DNA of 64,000 bases, from NCBI GenBank assembly GCA_015059155.1, contig SVAX01000002.1, positions 85,561 through 149,560 on the forward strand, in the 5' to 3' direction. Origin of the DNA: Bacillota bacterium. GTDB lineage: Bacteria; Bacillota_I; Bacilli_A; RF39; UBA660. Each line of letters starts with the position of its first letter. The first letter of the stretch is position 1. The translations under genes and the position numbers were made by a program. Below, one piece after another: positions 21,253-35,512 of the stretch. A model generated the notes under the pieces. It did not search any database. It had not been told where the DNA came from and saw nothing but the letters and a program-made list of their open reading frames with translations.

Positions 21253-21543
21253 ATGATTAATATAATTAAAGAAAAGCTCGAAATTGATGAAACTTTAAAA
21301 AGAAGATTAGAAATAATATGTGATTTTTGTAATACTACACCAGAAATTATAAATGGAAGTATTAGAAAAGTTGATAAAACTAATTTATCTTATATTGAAC
21401 CACATAGAATAATAATTAAAAATAATACATTTTTAATATTTAATTATTCTAATGAAGTTTATATTAATAATTTAAGTAAGAAAATTAAACTAAATGAACT
21501 AGAAAATTATATAAAAACTATGACTATTGACAAATCGTTATAA
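21253..21543 (+). CDS. Conserved small protein preceding LSR A (RDF/regulator candidate)
   Basis: Paralog of 27854-28138 (KTNLSYIEPH vs KTNLAYIEPH). Confidence 0.7.
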   Translation: MINIIKEKLEIDETLKRRLEIICDFCNTTPEIINGSIRKVDKTNLSYIEPHRIIIKNNTFLIFNYSNEVYINNLSKKIKLNELENYIKTMTIDKSL

Positions 21544-21712
21544 ATGAATTATTATATGAACCAATAAAGAAATTTACTTTATTAAGGGGATTATATGGTA
21601 ATAAAAAGGAATTATTTAAAACAAATTATTATTAATGAAATATTCGAGGCGTCAAAAGTTATTAGTTTTGTCTAATACTTTTGTCTCCTCTTTTTTTGAA
21701 AAAAGGGAGTGA

Positions 21713-23674
<1,962 letters not shown>

Positions 23675-23687
23675 AATGTGTGGCACG

Positions 23688-23855
23688 TTTTGCTCGCTTG
23701 CGAGTGAAAGTGGCGATAACATTTTATCAAGACTTTATGTAATTTTGTTTTATTACGAAGTTTTAAAACATTATGGAATAAAGTAAAACGGATTCTAAGG
23801 TGTACTTAGCCCACGAGGTTATTTTGATGCTTGCGTCAAAATACCTAGGGGGTTA
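23688..23855. promoter_or_regulatory. Putative oriT region upstream of MobV
   Basis: GC-enriched intergenic region with two hairpins sharing a GC-TT-GC tip (CTCGC-TT-GCGAG; TATTTTGATGC-TT-GCGTCAAAATA), directly 5' of the relaxase. Confidence 0.45.
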
Positions 23856-23897
23856 AATATTTTGTCTAAACAAAATATAGTCATAAAAAAGGAGTTG

Positions 23898-25277
23898 ATG
23901 ATTATAGAAAAGTTAGCATATTCACTACATTTAGGAAGTGATAGAAATAAAAGAAATAGTGCTAGAAACACTGCTAAAACAAATAAAAGTGGTACAACAT
24001 CACTATCAAATAATGCAATACAAAATGCTCGTGGATTATCAAGAGTAGATAAACATAATTATAGGAAGTACGACAACGACCAAGATAACATTGAAATAAT
24101 AAGAGGCACATCATCACTTTATGATGATGTGAAAAGATTATATATTGATGAGTTCGAAGATTCTCGTATTGAATATAACAAAAAACAAACTCGTGAGAAT
24201 AGAAAAATCAATGATTATTTCACACATGTTAGTAATAACTCTAAAAATGATTTGGCTTGTGAAATAATCATTGAACTAGGTGATAAAAAATATTGGGATA
24301 CAAAAGATTTAGAATTTAAGAAACGAATGACTAGTGTGTATGAAGAACAAGTTAGTGATTTAGAAAGTTTAGTACCTAATTTTAAAGTAGCAAGTGCAAT
24401 AATACATTATGATGAAACTAGTCCACATCTTCATATCGTAGGTGTTCCTGTAAAAAATAAAAATAAAAATGGAATGGAAAAACAAGTTGGAAAATCAGAT
24501 GTATTTACAAAAGAATCTTTAAGAAAATTACAAGATAAAATGAGAATATTATGTATTGAATCATTTAATAAAGAATATAAATTAAATCATACATTAAAAC
24601 AAAAAATGAAAGGTAGAGGCATAGATTATCACGTATCAGAAATGGATAATTATCAAGAAATGAAAAAAGAACTTGAAAAGAATCAAGAGAAATTAACACT
24701 TGCAAATGAAAAAGCACTAGAACTTGATACCATTTCTAAAAACACAAAAGACCTTGTTAATAATTTAAAAACTACTATAACTTCAAAAGATAAATATGTT
24801 TTGAAACAGGAAGATAAAGACAAAATTATAAACTATATTGAAAAAGTTGATAAAACAAATAAAGAATATAAAAATATTCAGACGCTTTCAATAACTCTAA
24901 ATAATGTAGATGAAGAATTAAAAGATAATAAAGAAAAAATAAAAATACTAACAGAAAATAATGAAGCACTTAATTTAAGGATAGAAACATTAAATAAAAA
25001 TATTGATAAAAAGAATAAAGAAATCAAAGAACTAAAAGAAGAAAATAATAAATTAAAACAAATGGTTATTAAGTGGAAGCAAAAATTCTTTGATATTATT
25101 AATTTTATCAGTAATAAAATATTTAATAAACACGATAGAGAAAAATATATGGACGTAACAACAGATTTGTTTGAAAATGATTTAATAGAATATAAAACTT
25201 ATGACTCTATTAGAGAAGATTATGAATATAGCGTTAAAAAAGATAAAAACAGAGATGATTTTGAAATAGGAATGTAA
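23898..25277 (+). CDS. mobV: MobV/Pre (plasmid recombination) relaxase
   Basis: HNYRKY motif I, HYDETSPHLH motif III, C-terminal coiled coil; exact start uncertain. Confidence 0.85.
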   Translation: MIIEKLAYSLHLGSDRNKRNSARNTAKTNKSGTTSLSNNAIQNARGLSRVDKHNYRKYDNDQDNIEIIRGTSSLYDDVKRLYIDEFEDSRIEYNKKQTRENRKINDYFTHVSNNSKNDLACEIIIELGDKKYWDTKDLEFKKRMTSVYEEQVSDLESLVPNFKVASAIIHYDETSPHLHIVGVPVKNKNKNGMEKQVGKSDVFTKESLRKLQDKMRILCIESFNKEYKLNHTLKQKMKGRGIDYHVSEMDNYQEMKKELEKNQEKLTLANEKALELDTISKNTKDLVNNLKTTITSKDKYVLKQEDKDKIINYIEKVDKTNKEYKNIQTLSITLNNVDEELKDNKEKIKILTENNEALNLRIETLNKNIDKKNKEIKELKEENNKLKQMVIKWKQKFFDIINFISNKIFNKHDREKYMDVTTDLFENDLIEYKTYDSIREDYEYSVKKDKNRDDFEIGM

Positions 25278-25357
25278 ATCACAAAAAAATCAATATAATC
25301 TATATGATAATTAAAAAAATAATGGTATAATGTTTTATAGTAAAGGAAGTATAAAAT

Positions 25358-25846
25358 ATGTGGAATGAATTAGATATAGAAGAAATGAATAAAAAAATAT
25401 TAAATAAATATTCTAAAAACAAAAAAATTATATTAGCTATTTTAATCATAATACTAATAATTGTTGTTTTTATTCAAAAAGAATTAATAACAAGAATATT
25501 AACAATTTTAACTACTATTGCAATTTATTCTTTAATGAATATTACAGGCGGATTAAAAAAAACAATAAAAACATCTATAAACAATAAAAATTATAAAATA
25601 ATAGAAACAGAAATAACAAATAAATATATTTATAATTCTTCGTCTGAACTTAATGATAATAGTTCAAATAGAAGATGTTTGGAATTTAAAGATACTAATT
25701 TAATATTTGAAATTGACTGGATGGATAATATTTGTAATGTAGGAGATAAAGTTTTATTACAAATTATAGAATATAAAGGAAATGAATATATTATTAATTT
25801 AATGAATTTAACTAATAATAAAAAAATATTACATTTTAAACATTAG
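25358..25846 (+). CDS. Two-TM hypothetical protein
   Basis: ORF with RBS; paralog of next gene. Confidence 0.6.
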   Translation: MWNELDIEEMNKKILNKYSKNKKIILAILIIILIIVVFIQKELITRILTILTTIAIYSLMNITGGLKKTIKTSINNKNYKIIETEITNKYIYNSSSELNDNSSNRRCLEFKDTNLIFEIDWMDNICNVGDKVLLQIIEYKGNEYIINLMNLTNNKKILHFKH

Positions 25847-25859
25847 GAGATGTAAAATT

Positions 25860-26342
25860 ATGAACGAACAGATAAACATTGATAAGGAAATAATAAATAA
25901 AAAAAACACAAAATATTTAAGAAAAAACAAAATTAAGAGAATTTGTTTTAGAATTCCAACTGTTGTTATATTTTTTATAGCATTTGTATTTAAAGAAATT
26001 GGAGGATATATTACTGGTATTATATGGTTTATTTTATCAGAATTAATATTTTCTATCATAAATAGAGAAGATATTGCAGTAGATAAATTAGTAAAAAAAG
26101 GTGAATATTATTTTAAAGAAGATATTGTTAAAGATATTTATTATAAAGATATAAATTCACAAGAACCATCAGAAGGATATCATATATATATGTCTTTTAT
26201 TAATGAAAAAGTTGCTTATTCACCTGAAAATGAAATTGAAAAAATGATGTATGATATAGGGGAAAAAGTATATTTACAAATTGTAAATTATAAAGGGAAA
26301 AATATAATAATTAATGTTTTTAAAACTGAAAATAACAATTAA
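25860..26342 (+). CDS. Two-TM hypothetical protein
   Basis: VGDKVLLQIIEYKG vs IGEKVYLQIVNYKG shared with previous gene. Confidence 0.6.
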   Translation: MNEQINIDKEIINKKNTKYLRKNKIKRICFRIPTVVIFFIAFVFKEIGGYITGIIWFILSELIFSIINREDIAVDKLVKKGEYYFKEDIVKDIYYKDINSQEPSEGYHIYMSFINEKVAYSPENEIEKMMYDIGEKVYLQIVNYKGKNIIINVFKTENNN

Positions 26343-26400
26343 TATTTAAAATTATATAAAATATGATAAAATTAATAATAGAAAGGTAGTGTGATACAAA

Positions 26401-27642
26401 GTGAATGAAGAACAAAACAACTTCAGTCAAAATAATTTGCAAAATAATAATGGGATAACAAATAATCAAACATTAAATAATCAAGAGTTTAATCAAAATA
26501 TAAATCCAGTTCAACCAACGATTAATACTCAAACACAACAAACAACAAGTTTTCAACAAGCACCAAGTCAAATGAATATGGGACAACCACAACAAATAAA
26601 TACAATAGAAAATGGTAATAGTAATAATCAAATTTTTACTACACCACCAAAAAAAATTAACATAGGTTTAATTATAGGAATCGTAGTTGCAGTTGCAGTA
26701 ATTGGTGTTGGAATTGTTTTTGGAAGTAAATTATTTACAAACGATAACAGTAATAATATTAATAATAATTTAAATAACAAAGAAAATAGTGAAAATAATA
26801 CTTCAACTAATAATAGTGAGTCTTTAAATGCTAAAGTTAAAATTGGTGATAAGGTTGCATATACTCCTAGTACTACAGAGAATGAATCTTATGAATGCTC
26901 TGCATTTGATGTAAAAAATGGTTATGCTGAAATTAAAAAAAGTTATAAACCAGGAAAACAAAATTGGATATATATAGGTGAAGATGAAAATGGAAATTCA
27001 ATTCTTACAACAGATAAGGCTATCAGTTTTGATTATGATATAGGTGGAAAAAATGGATATTTGTATGGGGAACAAAAACTTAATGAATTGTGTTCTTCAT
27101 TATATAGCAATACTACTTATGGAACTGCAAGAAGTATAAATATCCAAGATATTATTAGAGTATTAAATTATACAGGTCCAATGGGTCAATATTCAGATAA
27201 AAATTTACAATGGCAAGATACTCCAAAAGATTCTAATGGAAATCTTATAAATATTGGCGAGTTATCAAAAGAATTAGGAACTATTACAAATACTCAAACT
27301 CCTGAAAGTAATAAGAAACTTGAAGATTATGTAAGTAATGGATTTCAAATACATAAAGAAAATGAATATATAAATAAAAATAATATAGATATAATTTTTA
27401 CAGGTTATGATGAGTATTGGATTGCTTCACAAAATGTTTTTATAAGTTATTATACTAATACTGCTAGTTTTGGTCTAAAAGCAATAACTGGTGTATTTGG
27501 TGTCAAAGGGATACAACTATTTACTTCTAACGGAGTTGAAGAATATGCTTCTTATGATATAAGACCTGTTATAGTATTAAATGACGATATAACATTTGGA
27601 GAAAAAAATTCTAATAACGAATGGACTCTTATTAATAAATAA
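26401..27642 (+). CDS. Membrane-anchored surface protein with Q/N-rich N-terminus
   Basis: Low-complexity N-terminus, single TM, C-terminal YWIAS...IRPVIVL motif (DUF6273-like). Confidence 0.6.
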   Translation: MNEEQNNFSQNNLQNNNGITNNQTLNNQEFNQNINPVQPTINTQTQQTTSFQQAPSQMNMGQPQQINTIENGNSNNQIFTTPPKKINIGLIIGIVVAVAVIGVGIVFGSKLFTNDNSNNINNNLNNKENSENNTSTNNSESLNAKVKIGDKVAYTPSTTENESYECSAFDVKNGYAEIKKSYKPGKQNWIYIGEDENGNSILTTDKAISFDYDIGGKNGYLYGEQKLNELCSSLYSNTTYGTARSINIQDIIRVLNYTGPMGQYSDKNLQWQDTPKDSNGNLINIGELSKELGTITNTQTPESNKKLEDYVSNGFQIHKENEYINKNNIDIIFTGYDEYWIASQNVFISYYTNTASFGLKAITGVFGVKGIQLFTSNGVEEYASYDIRPVIVLNDDITFGEKNSNNEWTLINK

Positions 27643-27853
27643 ACGAAAAAATTAGTAAATAATTATTGCTGATTTTTTCTTTGTTTGTTAAAATGGTTAT
27701 AGAGATTGATTCTTATATCAATCGTCTTTGTGAAAAGTTGTAGATAACTACGACAATCGCACCATAGGGAAATTAGTCGAACTAATCGACTTTAATATAT
27801 GAAAGGTTAATTTCACTTAACCTTTTTTATATGCTCGAAAGGAGTTGATTAGT

Positions 27854-28138
27854 ATGCATTTAATAAAGGAAAGATTAGATATTGAAGAAAGTTTAGAAAA
27901 AAAGATTAAAAACACTTTAAAATTTTTAAATATTAAATCTAAAATTATAAAAGGAAATATAATTAATATTCCAAAAACAAATCTTGCTTACATAGAGCCA
28001 CATAAATTAATAATTGGTAATACAACTTACTTATTCTTTAATGAGTGTGAAAATGTTTATATTAATACACTAGAAAAAAGCATTTTAATAACTGAATTAA
28101 AGGATTTCATAACTAAAACATTGACATTTGATAAATAG
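27854..28138 (+). CDS. Conserved small protein preceding LSR B
   Basis: Paralog of 21253-21543; AAGGAG RBS (start TTG 27845 or ATG 27854). Confidence 0.7.
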   Translation: MHLIKERLDIEESLEKKIKNTLKFLNIKSKIIKGNIINIPKTNLAYIEPHKLIIGNTTYLFFNECENVYINTLEKSILITELKDFITKTLTFDK

Positions 28139-28276
28139 ATGATAAAATAAATAATTGATTGAAAAGACTATATTAAAGTGGTGGTTCAATGATAGTATTT
28201 ATTTTAAAATCAAATATATTTAAAGAGAGTCAATGATATTAGTATTATCTAGTATTTTTGCTCTCTTTTTTGGTAA

Positions 28277-30073
<1,797 letters not shown>

Positions 30074-30292
30074 AAAATTTGGTACAAAACTATGTACCAA
30101 ACATTTTCAAAAAATAATCAATTTAAAGTACAAATTTAATGATTTTGTCATACAATTGTTAACACAAATGTTATAACAAATGTATGACATTGAATAAAAA
30201 CATTAATAACAAGGTAAGAATTTCCTAAAATTTTGTTATAACAAATGTCGGACACGCTATGTCAATGTCTGACATTTTTTAATTAAACAAAC

Positions 30293-30383
30293 CCTTTAAA
30301 TATAAAGGCAAACTACTCACTGGGTAGTTGTTTGTCTGACAAAATTATCCCGCTCTAAAATCATACACGACTTGGTACATAAA
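30293..30383 (+). promoter_or_regulatory. oriT-like conserved non-coding element, copy 1
   Basis: AACTACTC-ACT-GGGTAGTT hairpin (30311-30329), TATCCCGC (30346-30353), GGTACATAAA; homologous to 55722-55833 on the minus strand. Confidence 0.55.
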
Positions 30384-30455
30384 ATTGTTAAATTATGATT
30401 GATTTTAGAGAATAAAAACACATAAGCATTAAACTTATGTGTGTATTTTTATAAA

Positions 30456-31556
30456 TTATTTTTTTATACTAGATTCCTTATCTCTAACTATATTGTTTTC
30501 TCCATTTTGAATTCGATACCAATCTTGATAAGCTTTTCCTCGCTTAAGCAAAAATCTCTGACTTGAAGAAATTAAGTTACCTAACATTTTCTCGTATGAA
30601 AGCAATCCATCAAATTGAGGATCATAATTATAAGGTTTAACATTATTTAATAAAATATTTGTTTTACCATTCATACTACCTTTTATCCACTGTGATAATA
30701 AACCATTAGTATATAACCAATTTTCAACATTTTCATAGTCAAAAACACTATACATTTGATTCAAATATGAATATAATTCGTTAAGTGCTATGGTGTTGTC
30801 CTTATTTTTATTAGTCTTATGAGATGATACTCTTATACCCTCACCTTGATAACAAGAAAGAAAAATATTAGCAAGATTTACGCTTACACTAGAGGAAATT
30901 TCCCTAACATAATTTGAATCATCTAACTTATCTATGTCCAAATTATATTTAGTCCAAGGATTGAAATCATAGCCTCTTAATTCCGAAGTTACATTAAGTC
31001 TACCTTTCTCATCAATTGTTAAATTATAAATTATTTGTTCTTTATTGTTATAAGAATTTTTAGGATAAACTTTACAATTTCCATTTTCTTTTAAAGATTG
31101 AAATATATTAAATATTTGATTGCCATAATTAACAATTCGTTCTTCTTCTATTTCATTTTCTTCTTCTATTTCTAAATCCAATTTATTTTCTTCTTTTTTT
31201 TGTTTGTTTTCTTCTTTAAAATATAAATTATGAGTATCATAAGTCAAATATTCACTTTGTTCTTCAATTCCAAATTGATTTTTTAAATATAGATAAACAA
31301 ATTCTGATACCTTCTTTGCTGAGATTGAATCTATATTTTCAATATCTAATTCTAATCTTGTTAGTGGAGGTGTATTATAACCTTCTGCATTTATGTATAA
31401 TAAATCAATGCCTTTATGTATGTGAAACCATCTAGCACCACTATTTTTTACATTTAATTCTAACCAATTATCTATTTGTTCTTTTACATAGTTTAGCAAA
31501 TCTTCTGTTTGTGATAGAACAACTTTAATAATTTTTTCATTTTGACTATTTTTCAT
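30456..31556 (-). CDS. Hypothetical protein (cargo of element B)
   Basis: 366 aa ORF with GAGG RBS; no motif recognised. Confidence 0.6.
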   Translation of the reverse strand: MKNSQNEKIIKVVLSQTEDLLNYVKEQIDNWLELNVKNSGARWFHIHKGIDLLYINAEGYNTPPLTRLELDIENIDSISAKKVSEFVYLYLKNQFGIEEQSEYLTYDTHNLYFKEENKQKKEENKLDLEIEEENEIEEERIVNYGNQIFNIFQSLKENGNCKVYPKNSYNNKEQIIYNLTIDEKGRLNVTSELRGYDFNPWTKYNLDIDKLDDSNYVREISSSVSVNLANIFLSCYQGEGIRVSSHKTNKNKDNTIALNELYSYLNQMYSVFDYENVENWLYTNGLLSQWIKGSMNGKTNILLNNVKPYNYDPQFDGLLSYEKMLGNLISSSQRFLLKRGKAYQDWYRIQNGENNIVRDKESSIKK

Positions 31557-31770
31557 TTAGATAACCTCACTTCTTTTATGATTATATCATAAAAAATACT
31601 ATTTTTCATTACATTTTATAGATTTTATGCTATAATTGACATAGAAATTAACCATTCTACATTTTTCCAAATGTGGTTTGCTTATGCACCATTTAAAAAC
31701 AACTTACGGACCAATAGGTTTCGTAGGTTTTTATTTTATGTTCTCTTTTCTAGAAAGGAGAACATTTTTT

Positions 31771-32055
31771 ATGATTAAATTTAAAGTTATAGAAGAATTA
31801 AAAACTAATACTGAATTACTAGAACTTTTAGAAAATTACGCTTACACAACTAAAAAAGGACAAATTAAATATTTAACTAATACCAATCTAAAATTCATAA
31901 AACCTATTGAATATATAGTCAAATCCCCTACTGTTCTTACTATATACGAATACAAAGTAAACGAAATAAGCAATAAACCATTTTATATCAAAGAACTTAA
32001 TCAAAAATATAATCTTACTGAACTTAAAGAAATATTAATAAAATTTAAAAATTAG
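31771..32055 (+). CDS. Divergent small protein preceding LSR C
   Basis: ATG behind AAGGAG; same position and size (94 aa); NLKFIKP and KYNLTELK resemble NLSYIEP and KIKLNELE. Confidence 0.6.
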   Translation: MIKFKVIEELKTNTELLELLENYAYTTKKGQIKYLTNTNLKFIKPIEYIVKSPTVLTIYEYKVNEISNKPFYIKELNQKYNLTELKEILIKFKN

Positions 32056-32126
32056 ACTTAACTTTTTAATTTTAAAATGCTAAACATATGAGAAATATTA
32101 AATTTTAGTCTGAAAAAACACATTTG

Positions 32127-32256
32127 AGTGAGGTATATAATGAGGGAATAAATTTTTAGGGGTAAAAAACTTGATTTAAGTGAGGTATATAGTGAATAAT
32201 AAAATAATTTTTTTCAATTTTACCCGAATAAATAGCTTTTAAGTGAGGTATATAGT
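32127..32256 (+). repeat. Three direct repeats AGTGAGGTATATA upstream of LSR C
   Basis: Copies at 32127, 32179, 32242. Confidence 0.75.
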
Positions 32257-32269
32257 AGGAGATGATTTT

Positions 32270-34057
32270 ATGAGTAAAAGAACAGGAGTATATGTTAGAG
32301 TAAGTACAGATGAGCAAAGAGATAATGGATATTCTATTGATTCACAACTTAGAATGATTAGAGAATATTGTGAAAAGAATAATTATGATATTATTGATGT
32401 TTATAATGATGCTGGACACTCTGGTAAAGATTTAATGAGACCTCAAATGAAAAGATTACTAGAAGATATTAAACACAAGAAATTAGATGTTTTAATGGCT
32501 ATTAAAGTAGATAGACTAACTAGAAATAACTATGATGGATTTTGGCTGCTAAATTATTGTGAACAAAATGATGTTAAAATTGAATTAATATTAGAACCTT
32601 ATGATGTAGGAACTGCTAATGGTGAAATGATATTTGGTATGAATTTAGTATTTGGACAAAGAGAAAGAAAAGAAATAGGAGCTAGAACTAAAAGAGCTAT
32701 GGAAGAAATGGCTTTGGAGAAAATACATCCAAATAAGGCTCCTTATGGCTATATTAGAGACAAAGACACAGGACACCTACTTGTTAATCATATTGAAGCA
32801 GAAGTCGTTAAAGAGGTATTTAAATTATATTCTAAAGGTAATTCTACAAGAACTATTGCTAAAATATTAAAAGATAATAATGCTTATTTAGTTAGTGGCA
32901 AATGGACAAGCGATAGAGTTCATAAAATATTAAACAATTCTATTTATATTGGTATTTTTGAATATGGCAAAGATAAAAGAAAAGAAGAAGATATATTAAG
33001 AGTTGAAGATTACTGTGAACCTATAATAGATATGAATTTATGGAATATAACTAGAGTTAATTTAGAGAAAAATAAAAATCCTAATTATGGTAAGCACATT
33101 CATTTATTTACTTCTATAATTAAATGTCCTGAATGTGGTAAAACATTATCTTCTACTAATTCATTTAAATACTGTGGTACACCTAGAGAAAAAGTTTATT
33201 ATCATTTAACTTATAAAAATCCTAATTGTAAATCTAAAGGAATTCATTATAGTGCGGATAAGATAGAAAATAAACTTATGAGAGTTTTAGATGAATTAAC
33301 TAGATATATGTATGATATGGATAATGAAATAATAATTTGTAATTCTACTAAATCTAAAGATATTAAAGATATAGAAAAAGCCATTGATAAATTAAAAGTT
33401 CAAGAAAAAAGATTAGTAGATTTATATTTAACATCTAATCTAAATGTAGAAGCAATTAATCATAAAAATGAAATGATAAAAAAAGAAATAGATAAATTAA
33501 TTAAAAAGAAAGATAGTTTAGATCCAAATAAAGAAAGTAAAGAATATGCTTTAGAATTGGTAAGTAAATTGGAATATCAAAAAGAAAATGACTTATATTT
33601 ATTTAACGAATTAGGATTCTCATTTATGTGGAATAGTTTAAATAGAAAAACTAAAAAAGAATTAATTAATAAATTAATAGCTAATATAGAAATATCAAGA
33701 AATGAAAACTATGATATAGAAATTAATAATATAAGATTTACTGATGAATTTATATCTAAAAATAATAAAGAGTACTTAGAATATCTAAATGATATTTTAG
33801 AGAATAATGAAATTGGTATTAAATATAAAGAACAAATTAATAGTAAAGATTTAACTAAATTAAAAAAAGATTACTATATATACTCTACTCAAAAAATGGA
33901 AAATAAAGAATATACACAAATGGATTTAGATAAAATGTATGAACTATTTGATGAACACTTTTACTATGATGGAATTATAGGATGCCCATTAAATCAAGAT
34001 GGTAATATTGTAGATTATCTATTACTAATACCTAAAACAAATGTAATTTATGAATGA
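32270..34057 (+). CDS. Large serine recombinase (element C); third zinc-ribbon Cys replaced by Tyr
   Basis: YVRVSTDEQ, KVDRLTR, CPEC...TYKNPNC; start MSKR behind AGGAG. Confidence 0.9.
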   Translation: MSKRTGVYVRVSTDEQRDNGYSIDSQLRMIREYCEKNNYDIIDVYNDAGHSGKDLMRPQMKRLLEDIKHKKLDVLMAIKVDRLTRNNYDGFWLLNYCEQNDVKIELILEPYDVGTANGEMIFGMNLVFGQRERKEIGARTKRAMEEMALEKIHPNKAPYGYIRDKDTGHLLVNHIEAEVVKEVFKLYSKGNSTRTIAKILKDNNAYLVSGKWTSDRVHKILNNSIYIGIFEYGKDKRKEEDILRVEDYCEPIIDMNLWNITRVNLEKNKNPNYGKHIHLFTSIIKCPECGKTLSSTNSFKYCGTPREKVYYHLTYKNPNCKSKGIHYSADKIENKLMRVLDELTRYMYDMDNEIIICNSTKSKDIKDIEKAIDKLKVQEKRLVDLYLTSNLNVEAINHKNEMIKKEIDKLIKKKDSLDPNKESKEYALELVSKLEYQKENDLYLFNELGFSFMWNSLNRKTKKELINKLIANIEISRNENYDIEINNIRFTDEFISKNNKEYLEYLNDILENNEIGIKYKEQINSKDLTKLKKDYYIYSTQKMENKEYTQMDLDKMYELFDEHFYYDGIIGCPLNQDGNIVDYLLLIPKTNVIYE

Positions 34058-34070
34058 AAGGAATGATAAA

Positions 34071-34250
34071 ATGAAAAAAGAAGAATTTAAAATAAATATA
34101 TTTTTTGATGAAAATGGTCCAACTTTTGAATAAATAGTTATGGAAGCATTTGAAGAAAAATTATTAGAAATAATAGAAAAATATAACGAGAAAAATAATT
34201 CCTCGTTATCAAATACAGATGAAAATAATACTGAAAAAGTAGAAAATTAA
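34071..34250 (+). pseudogene. Small ORF with in-frame TAA at 34131
   Basis: MKKEEFKINIFFDENGPTFE*IVMEAFEEK...; RBS AAAGGA. Confidence 0.5.
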
Positions 34251-34361
34251 CACTAATTTTCTATCTAGTCAAGGACTAGCAAGCACTGAATTTGTACTCC
34301 CACAAATTCTATATATAGGGATAATCCCTAAAACCCTTAAATCAAAAGAAAAAACATCACT

Positions 34362-35402
34362 TCAGTTTGATGTTTTTTGCATTATTACAACTTTAATAAT
34401 TTTTTCATATATTGAATCTATATTAGGATAAATCTCTCTATTATTTTCATATTCTATCATTAATTCATAAATTCCTTTTATATAAGTAAAACCAAAATCA
34501 TATAGTTTATTTAACAAATTATTTATATCATAATCTTTTATAAATTGAGAACAGATTCTCATAGTAATAGTTCTTACAATAGTCTCATTAATTAAAGATT
34601 CATCTGTACTATATCCACAACTATTTAATTTTTCTAATTTGATTAAATAATTTGATTCTTGTGTGAAAACGCCAAATTTTTCTGTTATCGGATTAACAAT
34701 ACCATGCAAAAATTCATGTGTAGTAAGTTTTAAATATGATTCATCATCAAACGAAGAAAATAATAAGTTATCCTTTGTTAACCTACAAGAATTAGCCCTA
34801 GTACAATAATGTATATTGTTATCAACATCTATACCATATCCTCCACTTGTTTCAAATGCTATAAGATTGTTATATAATTTTAAATTTTTATATTTCTCGC
34901 CACAGTATTTTGATAAAATATCAGACATATTAAATTTTTTATAAAAAGGAATTAAAGACTCAATCCAACTCTTATATCTATCTATATTATCATTATAAAA
35001 ATTTATAAAAATAGGATCTTGGGAAAATTCTTTTAAGTTATTAATAAAATCATAAAAATCTTGTTCTGGCTTATATCCCAAAAATTCTTCTAAAATATCT
35101 GTATTAAAATTTTCATCTAACATAAGCATTAATTCAATAGGTTCTTGATAATGTAAATAGTATTTATTCTTAATTTTATTAAATTCATCTATAAATCCAT
35201 TTTGTTTAAGGTACGAAAAAGTATTTTTAATAGTTCTCACATACTCGTCATTATTTTTATCAAATTCAAAAAGAATTTTAAATTGCTCTATAGATGATTC
35301 ATCACTTAACGTTATTAATATACCAATTAATTCAACTTTATAATCAACACAAATGTTAACACCATTAATTACACTTTGAATATTCTTAACCAAATAAATC
35401 AT
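34362..35402 (-). CDS. DUF4932-like protein with HExxH metallopeptidase motif
   Basis: VDYKVELIGIL N-terminal motif; THEFLH and NETIVR. Confidence 0.6.
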   Translation of the reverse strand: MIYLVKNIQSVINGVNICVDYKVELIGILITLSDESSIEQFKILFEFDKNNDEYVRTIKNTFSYLKQNGFIDEFNKIKNKYYLHYQEPIELMLMLDENFNTDILEEFLGYKPEQDFYDFINNLKEFSQDPIFINFYNDNIDRYKSWIESLIPFYKKFNMSDILSKYCGEKYKNLKLYNNLIAFETSGGYGIDVDNNIHYCTRANSCRLTKDNLLFSSFDDESYLKLTTHEFLHGIVNPITEKFGVFTQESNYLIKLEKLNSCGYSTDESLINETIVRTITMRICSQFIKDYDINNLLNKLYDFGFTYIKGIYELMIEYENNREIYPNIDSIYEKIIKVVIMQKTSN

Positions 35403-35512
35403 CTCCTTATTTGATTATATCATACTACAATTATTTTTATAACTATTCTTTTAAAAAACTAGAAAACATTAAAAAAATATGATAACATTATATATAGAAA
35501 TTAGGTGGTAGT

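Noticed and set aside
21590-21680. Leader peptides in the LSR A and B leaders
   Set aside because: Both frames stop within a few codons and are not conserved at protein level
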